Assembly (NCBI GenBank): GCA_963843375.1
Contig: CAWJKT010000009.1
Span: 224,001 to 288,000 of the forward strand
Direction of reading: 5' to 3'
DNA length: 64,000 nt
DNA from: an uncultured Pseudomonadota bacterium
GTDB taxonomy: Bacteria > Oederibacteriota > Muellerivitia > Muellerivitales > Muellerivitaceae
Part shown: positions 10,514 to 20,846 of the stretch, in pieces
How the letters are laid out: the number at the start of each line of letters is the position of its first letter
Numbering within the stretch: position 1 is the stretch's first letter
Made by a program: the position numbers and the translations under genes
Notes under the pieces: generated by a model
Seen by the model: the letters and a program-made list of their open reading frames with translations, nothing else
The model's database searches: none
What the model was told of the DNA's origin: nothing

Positions 10514-11601
10514 AACCCACCATCACCGTGGATGCCCGGATGATCCAGTCGGCGGGGATCGGAACTTACCTGCAAAGCCTTCTCCCCCTGATCATTCGCC
10601 GCCGGCCGCAGTTTGGGTTTTGCCTTTTGGGAAAGGCTTCTGATCTTGAGGTTTTTACCTGGGCGAGACTGAAAAATACACGGATCATCCCCTGTGAATC
10701 GCCCATTTATGGGCTTCGGGAACAGGTCGAAATTCCGCGGAAGACGCCCCCTGAAACCGTCTTGTTCTGGTCGCCCCATTACAACATCCCGTTTGGCTGC
10801 TCCGCCAAACTCCTGGTAACGGTTCATGACGTGTTCCACTTGGCTATGCCTCAATTCACGGGGGGAATCCATAAGAGGATTTACGCCAGATATATGTTTT
10901 CATCCTTACGGAAAAAAGCGGCGGCCATACTGTCCGTTTCTCAATTCTCCAAAGATGAACTTTTAAAATACACCGGTCCGGCAGGGTGCCTGCCCCAAGT
11001 GGTTTATAACGGCGTAGACGAAAGCTGGATCCAGTTGAAAAAGAGAAAAAATCCTCATCCGGGTCCCTACATTTTGTTCGTCGGCAGTGTAAAACCGCAT
11101 AAAAACCTAATGAGGCTACTGGAAGCCTTTGAGAAGGTGAAGGACCAAATTCCTCAAGACCTGGTAATTGTGGGCAAAAAAGAAGGCTTTATCACGGGGG
11201 ATAGGAAGGTGATCCAAAGAGCTGAAAAACTGGGGAATCGGGTCTGCTTTACAGGGGACTTTCACTATGACGACCCTTTGTTCCGACAATATTACGCTTG
11301 GGCTGATTTTTTGGTTTTGCCTTCTTTATATGAGAGCTTCGGGCTTCCGGTCCTGGAGGCTATGGCCTGTGGCTGCCCGGCTTTGGTTTCTAACTTGGCG
11401 GCTTTCCCAGAAGTTTATGGGAATGCGGCGTTCTATTGCGATCCTTACAACGCGGAAGATATCTCGCTCAAACTCATGAAATTATCCAAGAATCGGAAGC
11501 TCCGCCAAGGGTTGATTCAAAGGGGTAGGGCGCGGGTAAAAAGATATAGTTGGGAAAAAAGCGCGGACAAAATCACGGGAATAATAGATGAGCTTCTTTA
11601 A
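10510..11601 (+). CDS. GT4 family glycosyltransferase
   Basis: VTVHD, KPHKN, PSLYESFGLPVLEAMACG. Confidence 0.9.
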   Translation: MKPTITVDARMIQSAGIGTYLQSLLPLIIRRRPQFGFCLLGKASDLEVFTWARLKNTRIIPCESPIYGLREQVEIPRKTPPETVLFWSPHYNIPFGCSAKLLVTVHDVFHLAMPQFTGGIHKRIYARYMFSSLRKKAAAILSVSQFSKDELLKYTGPAGCLPQVVYNGVDESWIQLKKRKNPHPGPYILFVGSVKPHKNLMRLLEAFEKVKDQIPQDLVIVGKKEGFITGDRKVIQRAEKLGNRVCFTGDFHYDDPLFRQYYAWADFLVLPSLYESFGLPVLEAMACGCPALVSNLAAFPEVYGNAAFYCDPYNAEDISLKLMKLSKNRKLRQGLIQRGRARVKRYSWEKSADKITGIIDELL

Positions 11602-11611
11602 AAAGGTGCGG

Positions 11612-12976
11612 TTAAGATCCCTGGTTTTGATTCCCCTCAGGTTCAACCGGTTTAAATACCAATAAGCTTATGGAAAAGAAAAACAACAGCCAGTAATCCA
11701 GGCGAGGGAAAGTCGCCGTCAGGTTCAAGTTGACAATGAAGTGGATGGCCCAGCCCAGCCCCATGAACACGATAGCCCCGCTTTCGGCAGGGTAGAGGAT
11801 CGAAAATCGAATAATGGCAAGCATGGCGAACAAAAAGGCCAACAAGCCCAACAACCCCGATTCCATTGCGATCTCAAGCCAAGTATTCATGACGTCTGTT
11901 GTCAACCCGCCGTAATCCTTGACGGGCCGATAGCCTCTTCCCAGCCAAAAGTTTTCCATCCATTGTTTTAGCCCGCGATTAAAGCTGTCCACCCGATCCC
12001 CTTCGCTGGTATGCGAGACCGCGACTCGGGTTGTGATTCCCTTCAAACCCATGGTTCCCGAAAGGCGGCTTAAATAGTTTTTCCCATCCGGGGAAAGAAA
12101 CAAAAGGCCGACGCCCACGGCCATGATGAGAAGGCTTTGGACCACGGCCTTTCGGATGTTTCCTAAATCCTTGAAGAAGGAAAGGGCTAAAAGGAAACCT
12201 AGTGTTATGCCGCAACCCAGGATGGCGGTGCGTGAAGTGGTTAGAAAGGAAGCGGCCACCACTAATCCGGGGATAATACCAGGGAAGCGCACCCGCCCTT
12301 TTTCCATGAAGAAGACCAGGGGAAGGGCGAAGATGAAAGCGGACCCGGCGTATCCGGGTTCGTAATAGAAGGCACACGGCCTATAAAGGAAGATTCCGTA
12401 AAAACTGTATCCCACCTGGGCGATCCCCAGGGGAATATGCAAACCGAAAAGGGGGAGAATCAGGAGGATTTTGTCTTGATAGGGCTCAACTTTCGCAATC
12501 TTGAAAAAGTAAAGACAGAAGACCTGAACAATGATGAAGGCGGCGAGGGCCAAGATGCCCCACCGGAAACCCCGTCGCAGGGAGGGCGCCCAACGGCTGT
12601 TTAAAAGGACTAAAGCGGCTCCGCCGATATTGAAAGCGGCCCAACCCAGTTTGATAAACCCCAATGCCGGAAAAGCGGATATGGAAACCGCCAGACCGTA
12701 AACCAAGGCAAAGGGTACCCAGGCCAAGGCCGAGGTTTTAACCCTGTTCCAATCCTCGGGGAAAGAATTTCGGTTTTTGAGAAGATCAAGGAGGGAATAG
12801 GATGCCATCCCCAAGAGCAAAAGTTGGCCCCAGCGGAAATTAAAACCATGGATTCTGAAGGCGAATACCAGGTCCGCGCTTCCCAGAAAAAAGAAACAGG
12901 CCCAGAATAAAGCTGGAAGCAAACCTTTCCCTTGGGGATTGCGGTTTAAAGGATCGATCGACGGATGTGTGGACAA
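11612..12976 (-). CDS. O-antigen ligase / Wzy polymerase-like membrane protein
   Basis: Polytopic membrane protein with TTSRTA, LGRG and NTWLEIAMESGLLG motifs inside a polysaccharide locus. Confidence 0.7.
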   Translation of the reverse strand: MSTHPSIDPLNRNPQGKGLLPALFWACFFFLGSADLVFAFRIHGFNFRWGQLLLLGMASYSLLDLLKNRNSFPEDWNRVKTSALAWVPFALVYGLAVSISAFPALGFIKLGWAAFNIGGAALVLLNSRWAPSLRRGFRWGILALAAFIIVQVFCLYFFKIAKVEPYQDKILLILPLFGLHIPLGIAQVGYSFYGIFLYRPCAFYYEPGYAGSAFIFALPLVFFMEKGRVRFPGIIPGLVVAASFLTTSRTAILGCGITLGFLLALSFFKDLGNIRKAVVQSLLIMAVGVGLLFLSPDGKNYLSRLSGTMGLKGITTRVAVSHTSEGDRVDSFNRGLKQWMENFWLGRGYRPVKDYGGLTTDVMNTWLEIAMESGLLGLLAFLFAMLAIIRFSILYPAESGAIVFMGLGWAIHFIVNLNLTATFPRLDYWLLFFFSISLLVFKPVEPEGNQNQGS

Positions 12977-13088
12977 AAAAGATAACCCCGATTTTGAATG
13001 TGTTTTATTATCAGTTCAAAACTCCGAAACCATCTGTATACTACAAAATGTTTCCCGGCCCAGTAAAAGATTTTTCGGAGCGAGCAAG

Positions 13089-14234
13089 GTGATCATTGGC
13101 ATTGACGGAACCTGCCTTCAAGGTGTTCGAACTGGAGTGGGATGGTACTTGACCCACCTTTTGGAAGCCCTGTCCCATGTGCTGGAGGAGGACAAGGTTT
13201 ACGTTTGGATGAACAGTCCCACCGCCGAGGAAAAGGCGAGGGTCTCCGAAAACCGTTTCATTGTTGTTAGCGTCACCCATTATCCCCTGGCGGCTTTGAA
13301 GTTGACCTGGAACACCCTGGGAACCCCCGCTATGGACAGCCTGATCGGCCGCCCCGCGGATGTTTATTTTTATCCCAACTACCTTGCCTTGCCTCAAAAA
13401 CAGGGTAAAAAAGTGATTTTTGTCCATGACCTGACCTTCCTGACAAACCCCGAATTGGCATCACCGGAATCCCTCAAGGTGCTGGGGTCTCAATTGGAAA
13501 AGCAGGAGGAGAAAGCCGACCTGATCCTAACCTGCTCGGAATATAACCGTCAGGAGATTCTCAAACATTTTCGCCACCTTTCTGAAACCAAGATCAGGGT
13601 GATTCCCCATGGTTTGGGGGAGTCCTTCCGGAAGCCCGCTGCCTCCGACAGGGTGAAGACGGTCAGGGAAAAACACCGGCTCTCCAAACCCTATTTTCTT
13701 TTCGTGGGGGAACTGGAACCGCGTAAAAATCTCCTACGGCTGGTCCACGCCTTTCTTCTTTTTAAGCAAAAGTCCAACCCTCCCCACGAACTGATCCTGG
13801 CCGGGCCCAAGGGCTGGATCGGTGAGGAGTTCATGAAATTTATCCTCTCTCCCCAACTGGCCGATAAGGTGCGCTGGCTGGATTACGTACCGGACGAGGA
13901 CATGCCTGGTCTTTATACCGGGGCGGACGCCTTTGTTTTCCCCTCGTTAAAGGAGGGTTTCGGGATACCGCTATTGGAGGCGATGGGTTGTGGGGTGCCG
14001 GTGCTTTGTTCCAACTCCGCCGCGATACCGGAGGTGGTGGGGGATGCGGCTTGGATGATGGACCCTTCCAACGTTAATGATTGGGCCTTGGCCATGCAAC
14101 GGATCGCGACCGAACCCCAGTTTAGTCAACTTTTGCGGGAAAAGGGAAAGACCCGAGTGAGCCTATTCCAGGTAGAAAACACAGCCAAACAGACCCTGGC
14201 CGCCTTGAAGATGGCCGTTCAAGCCCATGGCTAA
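13089..14234 (+). CDS. GT4 family glycosyltransferase
   Basis: EPRKN, FPSLKEGFGIPLLEAMGCG; GTG start inferred. Confidence 0.88.
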   Translation: MIIGIDGTCLQGVRTGVGWYLTHLLEALSHVLEEDKVYVWMNSPTAEEKARVSENRFIVVSVTHYPLAALKLTWNTLGTPAMDSLIGRPADVYFYPNYLALPQKQGKKVIFVHDLTFLTNPELASPESLKVLGSQLEKQEEKADLILTCSEYNRQEILKHFRHLSETKIRVIPHGLGESFRKPAASDRVKTVREKHRLSKPYFLFVGELEPRKNLLRLVHAFLLFKQKSNPPHELILAGPKGWIGEEFMKFILSPQLADKVRWLDYVPDEDMPGLYTGADAFVFPSLKEGFGIPLLEAMGCGVPVLCSNSAAIPEVVGDAAWMMDPSNVNDWALAMQRIATEPQFSQLLREKGKTRVSLFQVENTAKQTLAALKMAVQAHG

Positions 14235-15468
14235 GAAACGAAAAAAAGGCCGGCGAAAATCCCTTCACCCCATCCCGCGGATCAGATCCGCCAAGCGAGT
14301 CCGGGCCGCAAAGCCCCTGCGGATACGAAAAGCCAGCCGGATCTATCGGGCTTTTCCAATTGAAGTTCCTCCTAAACAAATCTTTGATCCTCCCCGCATT
14401 TCCGCCCTTCGCAAGATGGAAGAACAGTTTGAGATGGCTCTTACCCGGCCCAAGGTCTCGGTGGTCCTCGCCAACCGCAACGGAGTGGATTTTCTTTGGC
14501 ACTGCCTTTTCGCTCTCAAAACGCAAAACTATCCGCCCTTTGAGATCATTCTCGTGGACAACGCTTCCGAGGACGCCAGCGTTTCCTTCGTTAAAACCAA
14601 TTATCCCCAGGTTAAAATCCTGGAATGCCAGGAAAACTTCGGCTTGACCATGGGAGTGAACCTGGGCGCGAAAACGGCGGTGGGGGATTTAGTTGCGGTG
14701 GTTGGCACGGGGGTGGTGGTTCCCCCGAATTGGCTAAGCCATTTGGTGAAGGATTTTCAGAAAAGCTGGCCACGCGTCGGCGTGATGTCCTCTCCGCTCG
14801 ATGAAAAACAATCTGAGGGAAGCAAAGGAAAAAACTCGAACCAAACGCTTAATTTCATGGGCCTTCCAATCGAGGGCTTTTGGGCGGAACCCCAGGAGAC
14901 TTTTTATCCCGAAAGCGGAGGACTCATTTATCCGCGATTCCTCGCCCCTGATGGCCCCTTCGATTCGGATTATTCCCAATTTCAGGAGGATGTTTATTTG
15001 GGCTGGAAATTCAGGTTGGGCCGCCACCAGGCGGGAAAATCACTAGAGGCTAAAATTTTCCGCAAGTCCGACGAGGAGTTACCCGAGAGCCCAGGGTGGA
15101 AACCGTTCTTTTACCAAACTCGCAACCGGTGGCTGAATCTTCTTCTTTTTTACGAGTCAAGTACCTTAGTTAAAATCGCCCCTTGGATTTTGACGGAGGC
15201 CTTGATTCGATTGCTGATCAGTTTGGGGATCGGATTTGATTCTTTTTGGGGGAATCTTTCCGCCCTCTTTTGGGTTTGCTTCCATCCCTCACTGATCCTC
15301 AAAAAACGGGGGGAGATCCAGGCAAAACGCCGGGCGGGGGATGGGGAAATCCTCAAATATATCAGCGGGCGCGTGGTTCCCGACCGGGTGTTATTTTCCA
15401 GGGTCCTCAACTTTTTTTCGTTGCTGTATTGTCGTATAACCGGCTTGAGAGTGTTGGAATGGCAATAA
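14227..15468 (+). CDS. GT2 family glycosyltransferase
   Basis: VSVVLAN, EIILVDNASED; later motifs divergent. Confidence 0.75.
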   Translation: MAKKRKKGRRKSLHPIPRIRSAKRVRAAKPLRIRKASRIYRAFPIEVPPKQIFDPPRISALRKMEEQFEMALTRPKVSVVLANRNGVDFLWHCLFALKTQNYPPFEIILVDNASEDASVSFVKTNYPQVKILECQENFGLTMGVNLGAKTAVGDLVAVVGTGVVVPPNWLSHLVKDFQKSWPRVGVMSSPLDEKQSEGSKGKNSNQTLNFMGLPIEGFWAEPQETFYPESGGLIYPRFLAPDGPFDSDYSQFQEDVYLGWKFRLGRHQAGKSLEAKIFRKSDEELPESPGWKPFFYQTRNRWLNLLLFYESSTLVKIAPWILTEALIRLLISLGIGFDSFWGNLSALFWVCFHPSLILKKRGEIQAKRRAGDGEILKYISGRVVPDRVLFSRVLNFFSLLYCRITGLRVLEWQ

Positions 15469-15513
15469 AGACAATTTAAAACTTAAAATTGCTGTCCATT
15501 CAGGGTACACTCG

Positions 15514-15912
15514 GTGCTCCCCGGGGGCTTTAACAGGGCCCCGAATCCAGGGAAATCTTGGAGGCGCGGTTCCTTGTTGAAACTCAATAAAAAAGAATCC
15601 ACTTTAATCGATGATCCCCAGCGTTGCGAGGTTTGCAATACCACACTGACCCTTTATCCAAAGGATTTCAATCCTTGCCCCCATTGCCAACGGAAAATCT
15701 GCCGCCAGTGCTGGGGAGTTTCGTGGAGTACTAAAGCCTTCGCGGCGGAGAACTGCTCCCACGCCTCGGAGAATGATGGCCTTACATTGAATCCAGTGGA
15801 AGAGTCCAACCGGGGTTTTCGGATGGATTGGCCCCGTGTGATTTTCGCGCTGATTTTGGGCGTCTTGGCTATTGGGATTCTTTTATTCCTTTTAAACCTT
15901 TTCGTTTTTTAG
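15514..15912 (+). CDS. Small Cys-rich (zinc-finger-like) membrane-anchored hypothetical protein
   Basis: CxxC, CPHC, CxxC and a C-terminal TM helix; true start probably downstream of 15514. Confidence 0.55.
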   Translation: MLPGGFNRAPNPGKSWRRGSLLKLNKKESTLIDDPQRCEVCNTTLTLYPKDFNPCPHCQRKICRQCWGVSWSTKAFAAENCSHASENDGLTLNPVEESNRGFRMDWPRVIFALILGVLAIGILLFLLNLFVF

Positions 15913-15924
15913 TCCGGAAGACTC

Positions 15925-17037
15925 TTGCGCATCGCCCTGGTTCACGATTGGTTATCCGGCATGCGGGGCGGGGAAAAAGTCCTCTTGTCCCTGATGGAGT
16001 TGTTCCCGGGCGCTGATATTTTTACCCTGGTTTACCAGCCTGAAAAGTTCGGGGACCTTTTTGAGGGCCGGAAGGTCACCACCTCTTTTTTGCAGCGCCT
16101 GCCCTTTGGAAAAACCCGTTATCCCTATTACCTGCCCCTTTATTGGGAACTCATGAAAGGGTTCGACCTTTCCGAGTACGATTTGATTGTTTCCTCCAGT
16201 TCGGCCTGCGCCAAGTGGGTCCGCAACCCGAAGAAAGTCCTGCATGTCTGTTACTGCCATACCCCCATGCGTTACATTTGGGACCTTTTCGAGGATTATT
16301 TCGGGCCTCACGCCTCCGCCCCCGTGCGCTGGTCGGCCAAAGCATTCCGATCCTATCTTCAAAAATGCGACTTGAAGTCCAATGACGGTGTCACTCACTT
16401 TCTAGCCAATTCCACCGAGGTTCAGGGGCGGATCAAACGCATTTATGGAAGGGAATCCCAAGTTCTGCATCCGCCGGTAGAAGTGGACCGGTTCAAGTTG
16501 AAAAAGGGGAAGGGCGATTATTTTCTGGTAATCTCCGCGCTGGTACCCTACAAACGGGTCGATTTGGCGGTGAAGGTTTGTACTGAACACAACTGGCCTT
16601 TGGTGGTAGTAGGGAAGGGAAGCGAGGAAAAGTATCTGAAGGCGATGGCGGGACCATCGGTTTCGTTCAAAGGCTGGGCTTCCGACGAGCAGATGCCCTC
16701 ATATTATGAGAACGCCAAGGCGCTGCTTTTTCCAGGCAAAGAGGATTTCGGGATTGTCCCCGTTGAATCAATGGCTTCCGGGTGCCCGGTGATTGCTTTC
16801 GGGGAGGGCGGGGTATTGGATTCGGTGACCGACGGGGAGACCGGAGTTTTTATTGAGCAACAAACCCAGTCGTCCCTGGAAGAGGCTATCGAGCGGTTTG
16901 AGAAGATGAGTTTTGACCCCGAGTTGTTAAGGGCGAAGGCCAATCAATTCTCCAAAGCTCGCTTTTTGTTCCGGGCCCAAGTCTATTTCCGCCGTCTTTA
17001 CGGCATCAATGTCCAAGAAGAGAACCTTAAGCTCTGA
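15925..17037 (+). CDS. GT4 family glycosyltransferase
   Basis: ALVHDWL..MRGGEKV, CHTPMRY, EDFGIVPVE. Confidence 0.9.
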   Translation: MRIALVHDWLSGMRGGEKVLLSLMELFPGADIFTLVYQPEKFGDLFEGRKVTTSFLQRLPFGKTRYPYYLPLYWELMKGFDLSEYDLIVSSSSACAKWVRNPKKVLHVCYCHTPMRYIWDLFEDYFGPHASAPVRWSAKAFRSYLQKCDLKSNDGVTHFLANSTEVQGRIKRIYGRESQVLHPPVEVDRFKLKKGKGDYFLVISALVPYKRVDLAVKVCTEHNWPLVVVGKGSEEKYLKAMAGPSVSFKGWASDEQMPSYYENAKALLFPGKEDFGIVPVESMASGCPVIAFGEGGVLDSVTDGETGVFIEQQTQSSLEEAIERFEKMSFDPELLRAKANQFSKARFLFRAQVYFRRLYGINVQEENLKL

Positions 17038-17113
17038 TGCTCCCATTCCCATTTGCCCCACCAGCGTCCAATGGTTAAACTATATTCGTTTTTCAATCCC
17101 CGGATCGGAACCT

Positions 17114-18502
17114 ATGAAAATCAGAATTCCTTCCATTTTTTCAGTTCTTAGTTTTGGGTTGGATGGTTTGTTGGTTGCCGTTTCTTTCGTATTTGCCAAT
17201 TGGATAAGGTTTTATTCGGGCTGGGTTCCGGAAGGGCCCGTTACTCATTACACCCATTACCGGTCTTTTGTTTTCTTTTTTGTTTCCGTGCATTGGATTG
17301 TTTTCAAGTACTTGGGGCTTTACCGGAAAAGGAGGGGAATTTCCGGGGTGGACGAATTGTCCAAGGTCATCCAAGGCGAATTGCTCGCAGCAATTCTTAT
17401 CTCCGCTTCGACTTTCCTGATTAAGTTTTTCGCTTTTTCACGCCTCGTTATCGGAATTTCGGCCGGATTGGTGATTGTTACCGTTTGGCTTGGCCGGACG
17501 ATTTTACGGAGAATCCAGATTATCCTTCGAAGAAAAGGAATAGGAGTCACCCGCATTTTGGTTGTCGGAACGGGGGAAACAGCCCGAGTATTGCTCCAGA
17601 GGCTTAAAAATAACCCCGGCTTGGGTTACCGGGTGGCAGGCATCGTTTCCGAAGGCAAGGGCTCAGGGGATGTGGAAGGTTTTAAGATTGTCGGAACCCT
17701 TCCCAAATTCACCATGCTTCTCCAAAAATATGCGCCCCATGAGGTTATTTTCGCACTGCCTGCGTCATCTCATGGGAAATTGCTTCCTATGCTGGTGACT
17801 CTTCAAGACACCCTGGTAAAATATAAGATAGTTTCGGACCTTTTTGGCCTCATCACCAATCCTCTTGAGAGCGATGTTTTGCTGGACCTGCCGGTTTTTG
17901 AGATGAAAGAAGCCCCCTTAAGCGCTTGGCACAATCAGACCATCAAAAGAGTCTTCGATTTCACTCTGGCCTTATTGGGAATCATTCTATTGAGTCCCGT
18001 TTGGATTTTGGTGGCAATCGGGATTAAGTTTTCTTCACCTGGTCCGGTTCTTTTCCACCAAAAGCGGGTGGGCCGGGACGGAAGAGTATTCCATATGCGG
18101 AAATTTCGTTCGATGACCGTAGGTTCGGAAACGGTTGCATTTACGAAAAAAGACGATCCCCGAGTAACGCCTTTTGGGGCATTCCTCCGCAAAACAAGCT
18201 TGGACGAATTGCCCCAGTTATTAAACGTGATAACGGGCCGCATGAGCCTAGTGGGGCCCAGGCCTGAGGTGCCAGGGTTGGTAGAGAAATTCGAGAAGGA
18301 AATCCCACGTTATTTCGAACGGCACCAGGTTAAGTCGGGCATCACCGGCTGGGCCCAGGTGAACGGATTCCGGGGAAATACGTCCCTTCATGAGAGAGTT
18401 AAATACGACATTTATTACATCGAAAACTGGAGTTTGCTTCTGGATATCAAGATCATTCTCAGGACTGTTTTGGACATTTTGGAACATGAGAATGCTTATT
18501 AA
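17114..18502 (+). CDS. Undecaprenyl-phosphate sugar phosphotransferase (WcaJ-like priming glycosyltransferase)
   Basis: KRVFD, KFRSM, SLDELPQL, MSLVGPRPE, GITGWAQVNG. Confidence 0.92.
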   Translation: MKIRIPSIFSVLSFGLDGLLVAVSFVFANWIRFYSGWVPEGPVTHYTHYRSFVFFFVSVHWIVFKYLGLYRKRRGISGVDELSKVIQGELLAAILISASTFLIKFFAFSRLVIGISAGLVIVTVWLGRTILRRIQIILRRKGIGVTRILVVGTGETARVLLQRLKNNPGLGYRVAGIVSEGKGSGDVEGFKIVGTLPKFTMLLQKYAPHEVIFALPASSHGKLLPMLVTLQDTLVKYKIVSDLFGLITNPLESDVLLDLPVFEMKEAPLSAWHNQTIKRVFDFTLALLGIILLSPVWILVAIGIKFSSPGPVLFHQKRVGRDGRVFHMRKFRSMTVGSETVAFTKKDDPRVTPFGAFLRKTSLDELPQLLNVITGRMSLVGPRPEVPGLVEKFEKEIPRYFERHQVKSGITGWAQVNGFRGNTSLHERVKYDIYYIENWSLLLDIKIILRTVLDILEHENAY

Positions 18503-18535
18503 AAATGGTGATATTAAATTTGGTTCTTCAGTTCG

Positions 18536-18563
18536 AATCCAACAAGAGGACCCTTAGTGGACA
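18536..18563 (+). repeat. 28-bp site 1 (divergent left arm; left boundary)
   Basis: AATCCAACAAGAG-GA-CCCTTAGTGGACA. Confidence 0.65.
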
Positions 18564-18584
18564 GCAATTTTAAAGGGATTTGCC

Positions 18585-19142
18585 ATGAAAAAACGTATCG
18601 TGTTCAGCTTGATGTTTATTTTCTTCTCAAGCCGGATTTGTCTTTCCGAATCTTCCTTGGATTCCGTAACATACCAAAAGGGTAAAAAAGCCGAGGACTC
18701 AAAGGATTTTATCCAAGCTTTAAAGTGGTATCAAAAAGCCGCATCAAATGGAAACGCAAGCGCGGAAAACGCCTTGGGTCATCTTTACTTACGAGGTGAG
18801 GGAGTTCCACAGGATTTACAAAAATCAATGGAATGGTATCGGAAAGCAGCCAAGCAGGGAGACCCTGAGGGGGAAACTAATGTTGGACACGGTTATGCCA
18901 TGGGATATGGGGTGACCCGGGATTACCATAAGGCACTGGAGTGGTACTTAAAAGCTGCCGCCCTTCAGAACGGCCGGGCCGAATTTTTTATCGGGGTAAT
19001 CTATACCAATGGTCTTAGAGTACCAAAGGATTACAAAAAAGCCATGGATTGGTTTCAAAAATCCGTCGCACATGGAAATAAAGAAGCCCCCTCTTGGTTG
19101 CCGATCCTTAAAAAACGTATAGCAAGTGGAGAAGTTAATTAA
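18585..19142 (+). CDS. Sel1-repeat (SLR) secreted protein
   Basis: Repeats of A..WY.KAA..G...A...LG..Y..G.GV..D. Confidence 0.9.
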   Translation: MKKRIVFSLMFIFFSSRICLSESSLDSVTYQKGKKAEDSKDFIQALKWYQKAASNGNASAENALGHLYLRGEGVPQDLQKSMEWYRKAAKQGDPEGETNVGHGYAMGYGVTRDYHKALEWYLKAAALQNGRAEFFIGVIYTNGLRVPKDYKKAMDWFQKSVAHGNKEAPSWLPILKKRIASGEVN

Positions 19143-19187
19143 TTTCAAAATTATAAAGGCCCCCTCTGGAAATGAGTATCAAAAGGT

Positions 19188-19215
19188 TGTCCACGGCGGG
19201 GACCCAGCATGGACA
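19188..19215 (+). repeat. 28-bp site 2
   Basis: TGTCCACGGCGGG-GA-CCCAGCATGGACA. Confidence 0.9.
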
Positions 19216-19277
19216 GGGAAATGTGTGGACATCATCCGTACGTTCATGTATGCTTCTTTTGAGGGTAAGGGGGGGTT

Positions 19278-19553
19278 ATGGCTACAGTCACACAATCAAG
19301 GGAACAACGAATCGAAATTCGTATCCGACCGAAAGACAAGGCTATGCTGGAAAAGGCCGCCTCGATCTTTGGGCTGAGCCTCAGTGCCTTCATGCTATTC
19401 AATTCTTTGAAAGCGGCCCAAGAAGGGCTGACGGCTCAGAGCCGTATCACCCTTTCGGAAAACGAGTGGAATTCCTTCATGAAAGTCGTGGAGCACCCGC
19501 CCCGCCCTAATAAGGCCCTTCTGGCTCTCGCTAAGAAGCATAGCCGCGCTTGA
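19278..19553 (+). CDS. DUF1778 (TacA-like) antitoxin
   Basis: RIEIRI...K..LEKAA...G.SLSAF, ITLS..EW..F...E.PP.PN.AL; paired with GNAT. Confidence 0.88.
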   Translation: MATVTQSREQRIEIRIRPKDKAMLEKAASIFGLSLSAFMLFNSLKAAQEGLTAQSRITLSENEWNSFMKVVEHPPRPNKALLALAKKHSRA

Positions 19554-20080
19554 GCCATTCTGAAAAACCTTTGGATATCGACGTTCTGCCAATCTCCCGC
19601 CATTTGGACTTGGGGTCTTTCGATAGCGGCGCACAGGCACTGAATGACTATCTCCAAAAATATGCCCGGCAAAATCACGATAGGAATATTAGCAAGACCT
19701 TTGTGGTCACGGAAAAAGAGGGAAATCGGAAGGTTTTGGGCTTTTACACGTTAGTTGCCTCCGAAATTGACGCCAAAACAATTCCTACAACCCATTCTAA
19801 ACACCTTCCCCGTTACCCAGTCCCTGCCGTAAGAATTGGAAGGCTTGCGGTAGACAAGCATCACCAGGGCCTAGGGATCGGTGAAGAACTTTTATGGGAT
19901 GCCCTTGGTAAAGCCAATCATTTATCCAACGAGGTCGGCATTTATGCCGTCGTGGTTGACGCTAAAGATGAAAAAGCTGCTCGCTTTTACCATAAATACG
20001 GGTTCGTTCCATTATCCAATAATCCTAAAACACTTTTTTTGCCTGTCGAAACGATAAAAGCTCTATTTACCAAAAAATAA
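19550..20080 (+). CDS. GNAT acetyltransferase toxin (TacT/AtaT-like)
   Basis: FDSG...LNDYL, PVPAVRIGRLAVD..QG.G.G, VDAKDE.A..FY..YGF. Confidence 0.9.
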   Translation: MSHSEKPLDIDVLPISRHLDLGSFDSGAQALNDYLQKYARQNHDRNISKTFVVTEKEGNRKVLGFYTLVASEIDAKTIPTTHSKHLPRYPVPAVRIGRLAVDKHHQGLGIGEELLWDALGKANHLSNEVGIYAVVVDAKDEKAARFYHKYGFVPLSNNPKTLFLPVETIKALFTKK

Positions 20081-20104
20081 AAGGATTATTGTCCTCGCAG
20101 AGGT

Positions 20105-20132
20105 TGTCCGCCACGGGGAGGTGTAATGGACA
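20105..20132 (+). repeat. 28-bp site 3
   Basis: TGTCCGCCACGGG-GA-GGTGTAATGGACA. Confidence 0.8.
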
Positions 20133-20207
20133 AGCAAATTGGAAAATTTGTTCCTTTTTAACCTAGAAAGTATATACTATTCGTATATACCATCAAAGGA
20201 GCACTAA

Positions 20208-20447
20208 GTGACTAAAGTCCTGTCCCTAAAAATTAAAGGTGAAATCTTCGAGGATGTGGAAGTCCTAACCAAACGGCTTCATATGCCCCGCAACACCTAC
20301 ATCAACGAGGCGCTGGATTTTTACAACGCTTTCAACAGGCGCAAAGGGCTTCGCCAAAAACTAAAAAAAGAATCCCTGCTCACGCGAAAGAATTCCATGG
20401 ACATTCTGAGCGAGATGGAAAAACTCGAAGAATCAACCGCTGAATGA
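20208..20447 (+). CDS. Putative ribbon-helix-helix antitoxin
   Basis: 79 aa, SLKI...RNTYINEAL; overlaps start of the MazF toxin. Confidence 0.75.
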   Translation: MTKVLSLKIKGEIFEDVEVLTKRLHMPRNTYINEALDFYNAFNRRKGLRQKLKKESLLTRKNSMDILSEMEKLEESTAE

Positions 20448-20788
20448 AAATCAGGAAATTTAATATTTACCTGGCCGATCTAAGCCCGCGTTTCGGCACC
20501 GAGCCTGGAAAAACGAGGCCTGTCGTCGTTCTTCAAACAAACCTTTTGAACGATAGCCTGCATCCCAGCACGATCATCTGTCCCATCAGTACCAACGTCG
20601 TTCACGGGGCAGAGATACTTCGTGTCCGCCTTCCGAAGAAGGAAACGGGCCTTCGAAAAGATTCCGATATTTTGGTCGATCAAATACGGTCCATTGATAA
20701 CCGCCGATTCGTCAAGCATTTGGGGGAATTGGGCCCGATCGATAAGGCGAAGTTGATTGAAAACCTTAAAATTCTTTTATTTGAATAA
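20444..20788 (+). CDS. MazF/PemK family toxin
   Basis: YLADL.P..GTEPGKTRPVVV, DQIRSID..R. Confidence 0.9.
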   Translation: MKIRKFNIYLADLSPRFGTEPGKTRPVVVLQTNLLNDSLHPSTIICPISTNVVHGAEILRVRLPKKETGLRKDSDILVDQIRSIDNRRFVKHLGELGPIDKAKLIENLKILLFE

Positions 20789-20800
20789 ACCAATCAGGGT

Positions 20801-20828
20801 TGTCCACGGCGGGGACCCGGATTGGACG
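20801..20828 (+). repeat. 28-bp site 4
   Basis: TGTCCACGGCGGG-GA-CCCGGATTGGACG. Confidence 0.9.
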
Positions 20829-20846
20829 ATGGGGAGGACAAATATC

